Assembly: GCA_016748015.1 (NCBI GenBank)
Contig: JAAOMT010000525.1
Location: 186,001 to 250,000 of the forward strand
Length of the DNA stretch: 64,000 nt
From: Geosiphon pyriformis uo1
Lineage: Eukaryota; Fungi; Glomeromycota
Direction: 5' to 3'
The first letter of the stretch is position 1. The number at the start of each line of letters is the position of its first letter. This document shows, piece after piece, positions 28,001 through 40,639 of this stretch. Below the pieces are notes generated by a model, which worked only from the letters and a program-made list of their open reading frames with translations, was not told where the DNA came from and searched no databases. A program made the position numbers and the translations under genes.

Positions 28001-30728
28001 TTACAAAGTGATATTTTTGAAATAAATTAATAAAAAAAAATATTTAAATATTATTTGTTGATTTTAAAGATTATTAAAAATAAACAATTTAGACAAATTA
28101 ATTAAGCATAAAACATAACATGTTAAAAAACAAAAGCAATAATTAGTCTTAAAATCCAAACGCAAATTAAATATGTTAAAACAAAAATTTTCAAAGAAAC
28201 AACAATTAAAATCTTTAAAATTAAGTATAACAAAAAGATTAAAATTTTTGATTTTTAGTAACAGCCAGTCTATTATACAAAATAAAAAATAAAATAAATT
28301 TTTAAGGCTCATAAGCAATTTTTATATGTTTTTATAAATTTAAATATTAGTATATTATCTAAAATACGATTTAATAACACTAATTGTTAATAAGTTTCTA
28401 AATGCAAACAGCATATAAGATATTGAATTTTGTCATGAAAAGCCTTTAAAGTGAAAAATAACATTAAAGGTAAAAAAAATAGGTAATTTTCCAATACATG
28501 GTAACATGAATGATAATTCATAACCTGAGTAAAAGATTTTTTAGAATAGCTTATTTATATGTCGGATATTCTGTTTTTTCATACACTAAATAAAAAATAC
28601 TATTATATTGCTAATTAAGTTAAAATGTTGGATTCTATGCTTCCTTTGGGAAATTGTTTTCGCAAATATTTGCCAAGCCTTTTCACAAGACGCAAAGCCA
28701 TCTTAAAAAAACCAATCATCCGATTCACTCTAAAATCATATTAAGGAAAAAACTTGATTTACCTTTATTGAATTCAATTTTCTGATTGGGTTGCAGCAAT
28801 CGAAATTTCTTCGTAGAAAAGAATTTAAAAAGTGTGATTTGTTTAACCTTTTATTTTTTTATTAACAATGAGCAAAGAGCCAAAAAAATTTTTAAGCATC
28901 TTTCATTTTGATTTTCTGTTTTATATTGAGGGATATACAATTTTTTAATTTTAAATTAGTTCTTATACTTCAGTTAGAACTGGATGGAAACATTGTAATG
29001 AATGTATTAAAAGGTTTTTTGAAAGTTAAATATTTGGCAAGCTGCAAAAACATGAGTAGAAATCGTTCGATTCAAATAGCTTAAGGATATCCCGTAAAAT
29101 CAAGTTTTAGTTTTTATTAGTTGTTCTTTATTTTTTACTTTTCTAAGCTTCCCTCCTACTCGGTATAATTTTCAAGTTAAAAACCACGATTTCAGATCAT
29201 CTAATAAATGTCTGATATTAAAACTTTTTTGAATTAAGATTTTGTACTTGCAAATCTGTTTAATTGAAAAGGACCGAAAATCTTGTGGTTGAGAATTTAA
29301 ACTTTACAAGGAGCCGTAGAAAGCAAGGGGAGTACCTTCTCATTTTCATGAAAATACCCATTATTGATTCTATTATAGGATAAGGTCCTTCTTCAGCCCA
29401 ATGTTTTATTTTTGGATCAGCTCATTTTTGCTTTAGCGACTCAATTTAGGCATTCCAACGCCATGTTCCAAGACACATATGATAACTCGACTCTTTGAGT
29501 TAACTTTATATGCTAAATGCTTGGGTGCACTCAAAAAATAGGAGGGTATCACTAAATTTTTTTGCACACAATTGATTTCCCTGGTATCCTTTTAAATATC
29601 CAATCTTCTTAAACTTACCATGACGTTAACGCTGCCATATTAGGGAAATAAAATAGGTCTAAATTTTACGATCGATGGACAAAACGAAATACATTTTTTC
29701 CGAGCTTTTTAATGGATTTTTTGTTTACATTTGGGAAATTATTTTTCATGGTCTCATTCATAACTTTGTTCTAGACTCACTCCAAACACTGAGATATTCA
29801 TTAAAATCTTTTTTCATGGGCGAAACGCGGCCATCAAACATTGAAAATGAAGCACAAATCTGTATTTTGATCAGAGATGATAGCATTGAGTTTCATTTAT
29901 TACTGATCATCCAAGGATTTTATTGTGGGCAAAAGCCTCATTGTATCACCTGTTTGATTCACAGCTTCTTATGACGTTATGTAATTTCAATAACCATGAT
30001 CAACAATGAAAAGGATTATGTCATACCTCGTACAAACGTATCATTGTGATAACAGGAAAATAAATCAGTAATTGTTGAAAGCCCATATATCTTCTGATAA
30101 TAGATTGAGCGAAGTATCAATTTCAGTAACAATTACCCGCTATTCGAAATTCCAAGAAATAGATTGTCATAGGATTTAGACGAAATGACATCAGTGAAGT
30201 TTTTCACTTTTGACTGTATTTCTATGATCGACCGCATGCAGAAAAAGGATTCATTTCGCGGTTGCCTATGTCGTCGATGATGATGATTATGATGTATGAC
30301 CAGTACCACCGAATTCCCTTAAAAAGGAGGATAAAGTGGACTCACTTTGATTCGCCCCAATGAATGAGCTTTTTTTTTGTAGTGTGTGTAGCATAGGACA
30401 AAGCACATGTGTTTGGACAAATTATGTTTAGGGTCAAAGTTGATAATTTAGGGGATGAATCTCAATTGTTTGTCTAAGAAAACTCGTTGTTTCAATGTTT
30501 CAATCGCATTTTGATTGAGTGATGGGAATGTGGGCTTATTTACCTAACATAATTTTTTTTTAATCGAAAAGGTATAAATACAAGTCATTCGTAAAAACTG
30601 GTCAGCAATAAAATCTTATTTTTGAATATCCAGTAATCCTTCTATAAGTCAGCTTTGAAAGCTTAACTATCATTCAAAATCCTTAAAAGTTTAAAACATC
30701 TACCTAACCAAAATTGGCTCATCTAACA

Positions 30729-31052
30729 ATGGCAACAATTCAATACTCCCGAAGTCAAAAAACAACCGCTAGTTCAACAACTTCCAAACCAATTTCTCAA
30801 CCTCTCACATACATTTACTGCTCTCAAGTTACTGAAGAAATGATTGAATATGCACGTCGAGATTATGCTGCACGACTCTCAAGTTATACACAAAAACAAT
30901 TACGACGTGTAAAAGCAAGTAATCGAATCAACGAAAACTTAAAAAAAAATCGCCAAAATCTCAAGGATGGTTCAAATGGAAAAGAGAATAGATTAATCAA
31001 TCAGATGCACCAGAAGACTTTATCTAAGAATGACTTAAAGACGATTAATTAA
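30729..31052 (+). CDS. Small hypothetical protein (107 aa from the ATG at 30729)
   Basis: ATG in an acaATGg context, TATA-like tataaata at ~30573, CpG retained, and a helical-looking core EEMIEYARRDYAARLSSYTQKQLRRV. Function not recognised. Confidence 0.6.
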   Translation: MATIQYSRSQKTTASSTTSKPISQPLTYIYCSQVTEEMIEYARRDYAARLSSYTQKQLRRVKASNRINENLKKNRQNLKDGSNGKENRLINQMHQKTLSKNDLKTIN

Positions 31053-32479
31053 GTTGCTCTATGATAAAGGTATCTGAGATGATGATAAGAAAGAGATTAA
31101 ATTTTGGTGGGATATTGATTCGTAAGATGAAAGGTTGTAGAAATAATTCGTTTAAAACTTCGAATCTCAAACACTTTCACAAGAACTCAAATCAATTCAC
31201 CGCTTTCATTTGACAAAAAAACTTTTTTAAAATCTTTGGTAGGCTCAAATATAGTTTACCATCAAACGCTATGTTAAAGATTAGATTTGTAAATATAATT
31301 TGACACTATTAATTATTCTTTCTTTAATTGCTCTTGAGTTGATTGGAGAATTTCTTGGAATTTGTCATGTTTCTTGAATTATTTTGATCGTTTGTACAAA
31401 GAGTTAATTAAATAGAGTTTTAATAAATTTTTAATAGAGAATCTTGAATTTTAATAATGAACAAAAAATTATCGAATGTGTTTTTTTAATGAGACTGAAT
31501 TTTCAATTTTAATTGCAAATTAAAATTGAGTAACATTTTACTGCATAAAGTGTTTAAAAATATATAAACTTGACTTTTTAATCTACAGGATGAGGTTAAA
31601 AAGCCTTCAAATAATAGGATGTCCTATATATTCACATATGAATAAACTAATCTTTATATATATTCAAATTATGATAATGATACCACATAAGAATAAACAT
31701 AAAAATTATTCATAATAAATTATATTATATATATACGTATTTAAAAAAATATATTACGAAATAATGCTTGTTTTCTAATAATAGGCAATTTTTAATTCCA
31801 CAAAATCTGATAAAGTAAACATTAGGATGACTCTTCGTTACTATTATTCCCGCGGTTGTCAAGATTGCTGGGATTAGTAATATAGGTTTTTGAATTGCTG
31901 TCTTGTTCTTTCCCAGTTCTTCTCTTCTTTTTTCCTTTCCTCACCTACTTACTTTATTCTCCTGTTAAATTTCGAAGTACATGTTCACAACCTTCTTTAG
32001 GTTTTTCTCAAATTCTAGTCAAGTCCCGAATGTATTCCAGCAGGGAGAGCATTTGGTTTTTGAAGACTTTGATTCAGAAATCAAAAGCTTCAACCATATT
32101 ATTGCCTCCCAGTTCAGTAGTTTGTGCCAAAAGTCTTGGTAACTTTGGGGGAAGATTATCAAAGTAATTATTGTGGATGTATTCTTGGGTTCTTAAAGGC
32201 GGCCAACTATTGAGATTGGTCAACAAAGGATTTGGTCGACTTTTTTTTGCCGAAAATCCCTCAGGAAGCCCAATTTCTTTCGCACTTGAGCTCTTTCCCC
32301 TTTATTTCTCTGTATCAGGGATTTGTTTACATTCTTCATTAATCGTAGGTCATTGTTTGCGTGGACATGAAATTTAAAACTGCCACATCTCTTAGCTCCT
32401 TATGTTGTAAAGCCTGGCCGCCCCCAATTACATAGGGGTGACACGACATTATAAAGTCAAAATCATATTTGTTTTGATC

Positions 32480-33400
32480 AAAATGCGTCGTTTTTTGCAC
32501 ATTGACAATTCAAACTTTGTTATCAAAATCATTCTTTTTGAAATTTACCGTAAAATAGGTCATGCTAAAGATCTCACAGATTTACAAATAAACTTGGTTA
32601 CAAGGATGTGGATATGGCTAAAGCAATTGGATGTTGCAAGTCATCCATAAAAAATGCTTTAAAAGCATATAATACAGGCAAGTTAACAAAAAACGTCTGG
32701 AATCTCAACACATTCTCAATACACTAAAACGCTAAGCTACCTATCTAAATAGTACGATGAAATGTCAAAAAACTAAAGAAAAATTATGAGCAAAGGTAGT
32801 ACTGGTCATCGTAAGATAATTACAGAACATATACCAAAATTGCTACTTAACTAGACACAGAGGGAGTAGACTTTCATATTGCACAATTGACAGACATTTA
32901 AAATTACTTGGATATATGAATTATTACGCCAAATGCTCCTGCAAGTTCAAAAGCAGAACGTGTTAAATGGACCAAATCTTAACTGGAAAACAACAACTTT
33001 ATTTTTCGATGAAACACCATTTCAACTGTTCCTATACACAATTGAGCATTGGTCAAAGAGAAAACAACCAATCTGTCCACGACCAAAAGATTTTACAAAT
33101 TTTTGTAAAAGAAAAACCAGCTTATTTTGTTTCCGGCATATCATATATGCTAAGTTTTATATTGAAATTTTCTAACAACATGTTGGAAAAATTAGTGGAA
33201 TATTTAGGAAGTAGCGCTTTCAACAAGTCAACGATTCCAAGCATACAAGTCGAGTAGCTAAAGTGTTTCTTGCAAAAAATTTACCCAAAGTTATTGACTG
33301 GCTGCCGTGTTGTCGGGATCTAAACTATTGAAAATCTGTGGACAATTGTTGAACATGAAGTAGAAAAACAAACCAATCAATTTAGATTATAAAGAATAAT
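32480..33400 (+). mobile_element. Tc1-type DDE transposase pseudogene
   Basis: NWKTTTLFFDETPFQLF (first catalytic D region, ~32980-33030) and KVIDWLPCCRDLN/IENLWTIVEHEV (~33288-33362, decayed WPxxSPDLNPIENLW). Multiple frameshifts; TIRs not clearly resolved. Confidence 0.8.
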
Positions 33401-34828
33401 CGCATAGTAAAATTTTATATTAATAACATCAGTGGCTTTGGCCTTTTTTAACAATACAATTCTGTATAATCTTTATTGTCACACACCGTACTATTAATAT
33501 ATTTATTATAATTTATTATATTATTAAAAGCAAAACACTATAATAAAATTAAAATATTATAACATTAAATAATAAAACTAGGTTTTTTTTGATTTTTTAG
33601 ATGTTTTATTATTTTTAGAAAATATTATTTCGATTGTAATCATAATAAAGTTTTCAATCAATATTTTTTTATTTAATGGCGATTTCTAATTATATACATA
33701 TTTTTACTAAATAAACATAAAACAATTAATAATATTACATGAATAATTATTTATTATTAAATTAATTTTGGAAATTTCGATCTGTTTAATTTTTATTGTA
33801 AAATTATTCAATTATTGTAACATATATTGTTCATTAATTAATATTTGCTCTAGAAAAATTTTAATATGCTAGTACATTTAAAAAAAATTGTTTTATTGTT
33901 TTATATGTTCTATGACTAATCTCCAAAAAAATCTTGTTTTTGTATAAATTCACAACTAATATAATACATAATCATTATAAAATTGCACCTTTAAATTATA
34001 TCTAAGAAACAAAAAGCTCGCTTTTATAATTTATTAAACAAAAACATAATTAAAAAACACAATGATATTTGTAATTAATTTTAAAAATTGCTAAGTGATA
34101 TTGCTTTAATTTATTAATATTTATTTTTTTATATTAATTTTAATAATATTTTACAGGTTTTTTATTAAGTTCAAATTAGAATTTTTTAATAATTATTCAA
34201 TAATTTCAACCTGGTTTGCGAAAAATATTATAGCAAAATAATTATATATTTTAATTATTGTTTTATTGAAAGAAATATTTATTTTTAATTATATTATAAT
34301 TTTCACAATATATTTGTAAAACATTTATAATTTATTAAAAGCAAAAAAGACTGATCTTAATTTGTGTATAAAATTTGTTTTATGCAAAAATTTTTGAAAA
34401 TAAAACAGAGACTTCTTGTTCGTAATAATGTTTTATTGTGTTCTTAAATAAATTAATAATTATTTATTTTGGATATTTGTTTTTGAAATTCATGTAAAAC
34501 AGTATTTCACAATTTTTCAATAAAATTTAAATCCAAATTACATAATAACTTTTAAAAAACATTTGAATTATTTAACTTGTATGCTTGAAATTATTACTAT
34601 ATTAAAGTGTTATTTTTAAGTGTTTCATTAACTTTTCCAATATGTTGTAAAATCTTAATATTAAACTTGGGATTTATAATATGCAGAAAATCAATGAAGT
34701 TATTTTATCTAAGAATATTTGAATATTTTTTTGGTTTTAATACTTAAGTGTGTTTAAAAATAGTTGAAATAATAGCTTTGATTTGTTATTTCAAATGTGA
34801 ATTATTTACATTTGATCGATTCTATAAT

Positions 34829-35500
34829 CTAAAATGGTAATAATGTAGAGAACTCATTTTTTAGATTGAATTCACCTAGCTGGCTACATAATTCGACTTT
34901 ACTGTTGCTACCTCCGTTATTGCTTCCTCGATTGTTCTTGTTTTTACCTAAATTATTGTTGCCATTGAGATTGCCGTTACCAGAGCCAACGTTATTGTTA
35001 CCATTTTTATTGGAACCAAGGTTATTGTTACCATTCGAATTGCCATTATTGGCGTCAAGGTTATTGTTACCTTTGTATTTCCATTATTGGATCCAAGATT
35101 GTTGTTGCCGTTTCCATTGCCATTGTTGGGGCCTACATTGTTGTTACCATTAGCATTGCCATTGTTGCTGCCGACATTTCCATTTCCATTGCAGTTTCCA
35201 CTTCTATCACGTTTAATATGCTTAATAGCTTTTTCCAGAATATTAATAACTCTCCAGCCGTTATATGGTCTTGTTACCATTGTTATTGCCGTTAAATCCG
35301 CCTCCTACATTGTTGTTTCCGTTATTTTTACCATTCTGGCTGCCAATATTTCCGTTACCGTTATTGTTTCCGTTTCCTCCGAAAGCACGTTTATCCAAAC
35401 CAGGCGACCAAGTCCTTGGATCACCACCAATCAAACCATGATCTGCGAGCACCAGTGTGTTGGCAAACAAAATGCCAAGGCAAATGCTAGTTTTTGACAT
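34829..35500 (-). pseudogene. Secreted Asn/Gly 13-mer repeat protein, paralogue A (frameshifted)
   Basis: Signal peptide MSKTSICLGILFANTLVLA, then LDKR and NG repeats. Relative to paralogue B there are frameshifts near 35270 and 35072, and NG repeats continue in other frames to TAG at ~34829. Could be an assembly error or a real pseudogene. Confidence 0.75.
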
Positions 35501-35800
35501 TTTTAATTCTTTGAGTGTAAAAGATTTAGAATGTTTAATTTTAGAGCTAGAAACTTTTAGTTTCTGAATTGATTGTAGAAGAAAGAGAAGCTTTTCTTCT
35601 TGATGAGATGGGCGAAAATTTAACGGGAAAGCTTTACTTTTATAAGAAATCGTTATGTTAGTTTATGATATGTTTTTTTAGAGAAGCAGTTTTGAAAACT
35701 GTGGCTTCCTTTCTTCAAAATTCATTTTCGTTAAATTTGACTTTTCATCACTTATTTGGGTAATTTTGTGAGAACTCATATAATAAGCCCACCTGTTTTT

Positions 35801-36640
35801 NNNNNNNNNNNNNNNNNNNNNNNNNNNNNNNNNNNNNNNNNNNNNNNNNNNNNNNNNNNNNNNNNNNNNNNNNNNNNNNNNNNNNNNNNNNNNNNNNNNN
35901 NNNNNNNNNNNNNNNNNNNNNNNNNNNNNNNNNNNNNNNNNNNNNNNNNNNNNNNNNNNNNNNNNNNNNNNNNNNNNNNNNNNNNNNNNNNNNNNNNNNN
36001 NNNNNNNNNNNNNNNNNNNNNNNNNNNNNNNNNNNNNNNNNNNNNNNNNNNNNNNNNNNNNNNNNNNNNNNNNNNNNNNNNNNNNNNNNNNNNNNNNNNN
36101 NNNNNNNNNNNNNNNNNNNNNNNNNNNNNNNNNNNNNNNNNNNNNNNNNNNNNNNNNNNNNNNNNNNNNNNNNNNNNNNNNNNNNNNNNNNNNNNNNNNN
36201 NNNNNNNNNNNNNNNNNNNNNNNNNNNNNNNNNNNNNNNNNNNNNNNNNNNNNNNNNNNNNNNNNNNNNNNNNNNNNNNNNNNNNNNNNNNNNNNNNNNN
36301 NNNNNNNNNNNNNNNNNNNNNNNNNNNNNNNNNNNNNNNNNNNNNNNNNNNNNNNNNNNNNNNNNNNNNNNNNNNNNNNNNNNNNNNNNNNNNNNNNNNN
36401 NNNNNNNNNNNNNNNNNNNNNNNNNNNNNNNNNNNNNNNNNNNNNNNNNNNNNNNNNNNNNNNNNNNNNNNNNNNNNNNNNNNNNNNNNNNNNNNNNNNN
36501 NNNNNNNNNNNNNNNNNNNNNNNNNNNNNNNNNNNNNNNNNNNNNNNNNNNNNNNNNNNNNNNNNNNNNNNNNNNNNNNNNNNNNNNNNNNNNNNNNNNN
36601 NNNNNNNNNNNNNNNNNNNNNNNNNNNNNNNNNNNNNNNN
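35801..36640. other. Assembly gap (840 N)
   Basis: Run of n characters. Confidence 1.
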
Positions 36641-37669
36641 GGAGCCAAGGTTATTGTTACCATTAGCATTGCCATTATTGGCGCCAAGGTTATTGTTACC
36701 ATTTTTATTTCCATTATTGGATCCAAGATTGTTGTTGCCGTTTCCATTGCCATTGTTGGCGCCTACATTGTTGTTACCATTAGCATTGCCATTGTTGCTA
36801 CCGACATTTCCATTTCCATTGCCGTTACCACTTCCATCACGTTTATACAAATCACGTTTATACCAGTAAGATGGTCTATTGTTGTTACCATTGCTATTGC
36901 CATTAGATGAGCCGCGATTGTTGTTACCATTGTTATTGCCGTTAAATCCTCCTCCTAGATTGTTGTTTCCGTTATTGTTTCCATTGTTGCCGCCAATGTT
37001 TCCGTTACCGTTATTGTTTCCGTTACCTCCACGTTTATACTCATCACGTTTATACAAATCACGTTTTTCCTCCTCATCACGTTTATACAAACCACGTTTA
37101 TATTTACCCCAACGTTTTTCCTCCTCATCACGTTTATACCAGTAAGATGGTCTATTGTTGTTACCATTGCTATTGCCATTATATGAGCCAAGATTGTTGT
37201 TACCATTGCTATTGCCGTTAAATCCTCCTCCTAGATTGTTGTTTCCGTTATTGTTTCCATTGTTGCCGCCAATGTTTCCGTTACCATTATTGTTTCCGTT
37301 ACCTCCACGTTTATACTCATCACGTTTATATTTACCCCAACGTTTTTCTTCCTCATCACGTTTATACAAACCACGTTTATATTTACCCCAACGTTTTTCC
37401 TCCTCATCACGTTTATACCAGTAAGATGGTCTATTGTTGTTACCATTGCTATTGCCATTATATGAGCCAAGATTGTTGTTACCATTGCTATTGCCGTTAA
37501 ATCCTCCTCCTAAATTGTTGTTTCCGTTATTGTTTCCATTCTGGCTGCCAATGTTTCCGTTACCGTTATTGTTTCCGTTACCTCCGCGTTTATCCCAACG
37601 AGGAAATGGCTCTCCGAGCACCAGGGTGCTGACAAATAAAATGCTAAGGCAAATGCCAGTTTTTGACAT
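36641..37669 (-). CDS. Secreted Kex2-type-processed repeat polyprotein (paralogue B), 3' end lost in the gap
   Basis: Signal peptide MSKTGICLSILFVSTLVLG; 17 KR sites in 343 sequenced codons; three 57-aa Asn/Gly modules ending RPSYWY-KR (DNA period 276-279 bp); short spacers DEEE, WGKY, GLY, DEY, DLY; a fourth longer NG module runs into the gap. Confidence 0.92.
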
Positions 37670-37718
37670 TTTTAATTCTTTGAGTGTAAAAGATTTAGAA
37701 AGAGAAGCTTTTCTTCTT

Positions 37719-37761
37719 GATGAGATGGGTAAAAATTTAACGGGAAAGCTTTACTTTTATA
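37719..37761 (-). promoter_or_regulatory. Core promoter: TATAAAAG plus downstream TCATC (Inr-like)
   Basis: TATAAAAG on the minus strand at 37754-37761 and TCATC at 37719-37723. The same arrangement precedes the other three paralogues. Confidence 0.65.
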
Positions 37762-40639
37762 AGAAATTGTTTTGCTAGTAAATTATATGTTTTTTTAGAG
37801 AAACAGTTTTGAAAACTGTGGCTTCCTTTCTTCAAAATTCATTTTCGTTAAATTTGACTTTTCATCACTTATTTGAGTAATTTTGTGAGAACTCATATAA
37901 TAAGCCCACCTGTTTTTCCTCTAATAATAATAATGGAACAAAATGATTGATTATCTAAAATTTGAGATCCAAGCCCAGTTACTTGGCAAAAATCAACATG
38001 ACTGATAATCAATTCTCTCACAATAGTTTAGCCTGAAATTTATTTCTTCTTGATAATTTAAACCTACAAAAATTAAAGGTGGGCAAAGTCCATGATAATT
38101 AAGTTCTAGTTACAAAAAAGGATTCAGCGGTTAATACTTTAAAGGGAACCAAGCCATTTGATGACTTATTTTATTGATGATGATGATGACGGTTAATGGG
38201 CAAATCTTTTGATAATCCGCAGATCTTTTGATCTGATAAAAAAATTATTTAATTATTTACAGGCTTTTTGGTTGGGGAAGTTTTAACCCGAGAACATTTG
38301 GTTATTGACCCTATTTATTCTTCCAAATATATCTAATTTTGAGAAATTCAATCTTTTTTACTGCAGTTTTGAAAGCTAATTTTTGAGATATCCAATCGTT
38401 TTACGGCAGTTTTGATATATCGGCTGTAAAGCTTGAAAATAGGTTTAAAAGAAATTTTTCAGCGCGGCGAAACGAATCAAAAACTCCATATTGAAACTCA
38501 TCAAAATTAAAATTTAAAGGTGGCTTTTTCAAAATAATTGGCTTAGGCTTTTGAATAAAATTTAAGATGTTTTGATCTCGATGGATTGGATATCTTTAAA
38601 TATGAAAAATTTATTTTATTCCTAAAAGAAATTTTCTTTCATTCCACCATCTTTGATTTGGGGGATTGAAAAAAGAAAAGAGAGAACAATTCTTGAAAGA
38701 TAAAATTATTTCTCTTCCTTTCATAATTCGATTAATCTTCTTGGACAAAACCAGTTGATTAAATTTTTCACTGTTATAAAATTATCTTTTCTTGCAAAAT
38801 TGGGTTCATTTTCTTTCGAACAAAATTAATTAAATTACTAAAAAATATTGAACCAAGAAATTTTTTAATGAATTTTATGATCAGTCTCGTTTGACAATAT
38901 ATTATGCAAATATTTTTTAAAGAAATGTGGTTAGAACATTCCTATTCACATCTTTTGTTTCCCATTAAGAAGTCAGGGAAATAGTGAATACTTGATTTAT
39001 CAATTTGAGATTGTGAAAACTATAATTTTTTTTTCATTTTTTTTAGATCTCACATGTTCTTTGACTCATTAAAACCTCTCGCCAAATGTCTATACATACA
39101 AAAGTTAAGTCAAAATTAAATGAGATAATAATTAGTAAAGATGAGACAATGTAAATTTTCTTCTTGTGACAAGAAGTAGCCATGTCGTTCATTCAATTAA
39201 ATATTTCATTTAGTAGAAAATTAGGATTACATAATAAAAAATAGTCTTTGAATTATGACTTAAAAATACAAAGATTAGAAAAAATAGATTTTGTTTCGAA
39301 AAAAAGTAACTCCCTAAATGATCAAAGAATCAACTGGAAATGAACTGTAACATATAATTATTGCCAAAAAACATAGGTTTTCCATACATTTTAAACATAA
39401 TTTAAATGAAAGCGTTTCTTAAGGAGAGATTTCAGGTAATATATTAAATTTTTACCATGACGTTTCTTTATTTGTGAATTTTCGTTGATAGATACGTGTT
39501 TCTTATCATAAATCATTTAGACAAACATCATTAATTATAAAAATTTGGCATATATTAAATATATTTTATGACATTGATGAAGAGGCAATATATCACACTA
39601 TTTCAGCTATTTAATAATCTGTGTATTACTTCGTTTCATTTTTTTTAATCTAATAAAATATTTCTTTGAAAAAATTTTGAATTATGTGTTTTATCCTTTT
39701 TGAACATTTTAAATATAATTAAATATAATTAAATATAAATAATAAAAGTAAGTGAGATAATATTACATTTATTTTCATGATAATAAATGACTTTATAATA
39801 TATTTTTTTTTCTATTAATATAACTGAACTATTACTTTGAAGTATCCATTTTTATTAGAAATTTAAAATTTTTAGAGTGTCTATATATAATTTTTTCAAG
39901 GGGAAAAAACAAGAAGATATTTGAAACATTTAAAATCACCGAAATGACCTTTTTTTATACTTTTTTATACGGGAAATGGTCTTGAAAATAACATCATCAA
40001 CAATTTAAAAAATTATAGATTATACACAAAAGAGAATCCCATTTCTTTAAAAACCAAAGTATTCTTGTTCCCAAACCTAGGATCAAAATATAAACAATAG
40101 TCTGAACGGTTTGCAAAATTTCTTTATGGTGATAGCATGTTAAACTTTTTTGTTTACGAATCTTTATTTTAAAAAACGATAAATTAAATCGAAATTGAAT
40201 TTTGCATTTTACATTTTTTTGAAATTAAAACCAGTATAAAAAAAATATAACTATCTTTATTTAGATATATAATTTGAAAAGCTTGATTTTTTTTCTTTGA
40301 ATATCCAAAAATAAATGTTTTTTATTTGAAAAGAGAAAAGGCTTAATTTATTAACATTCTTACCATTTTTAAATTCGGTCTTTTTACCTTTACCTTTATT
40401 CAAACAAATCATACCTTATTTAACAATATTTAGATTAAATTTTTAGGGTGATGTGGTAAGTATGATTAGAAATCAAACATATTTTTTTATTTTTTTTGTT
40501 TAAATAATAAAATATCTTTATACCTTAATTATATAATTATTAGAAAGTTAGGGTGCATTTATTTTCAATTATAAGTAATAGAATCTAAAAATTTCGCCTT
40601 CCTAACTGCAAATTAATTTAATTAAAAATGTTTTATATT

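Larger units (their letters stand above)
35490..37917. repeat. Tandem segmental duplication of the promoter/5' region of paralogues A and B
   Basis: 35490-35800 is nearly identical to 37659-37917, except for an approximately 52-bp segment (35531-35582) present only in A. Confidence 0.92.

Noticed and set aside
2149-28318. Numerous short K/N/I/F/L-rich ORFs (e.g. 2149..2490, 13318..13512, 28064..28318)
   Set aside because: Chance ORFs or remnants in AT-decayed TE DNA, not host genes.
29675-29974. 99-aa ORF upstream of the small gene
   Set aside because: No recognisable features; more likely promoter/intergenic DNA.
31850-32400. Moderately GC-rich stretch with ORFs 31895..32167 and 32171..32377
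   Set aside because: No recognisable motif and non-ATG starts; possibly a degraded gene or TE fragment, but unsupported.
32420-33490. Possible TIRs for the second Tc1 remnant
   Set aside because: Only weak similarity between ggggtgacac..ataaag and ctttattgtcacacaccgta; not enough to define ends.
35678-36910. Long ORFs spanning the N run (663, 384 and 325 aa)
   Set aside because: Artefacts of translating through the gap. The apparent C-terminus KNRWAYY... is the upstream region of paralogue A.
36840-37590. CRISPR-like or satellite interpretation of the tandem repeats
   Set aside because: Eukaryotic context; the repeats are in-frame coding units with no unique spacers or cas genes.
34866-37778. 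Plus-strand Leu/Pro-rich ORFs (MLLPLLLPL...) and alternate-frame MVTTILAHIM ORFs
   Set aside because: Antisense and shifted-frame shadows of Asn/Gly codon repeats. Only the minus frame has a signal peptide and promoter.
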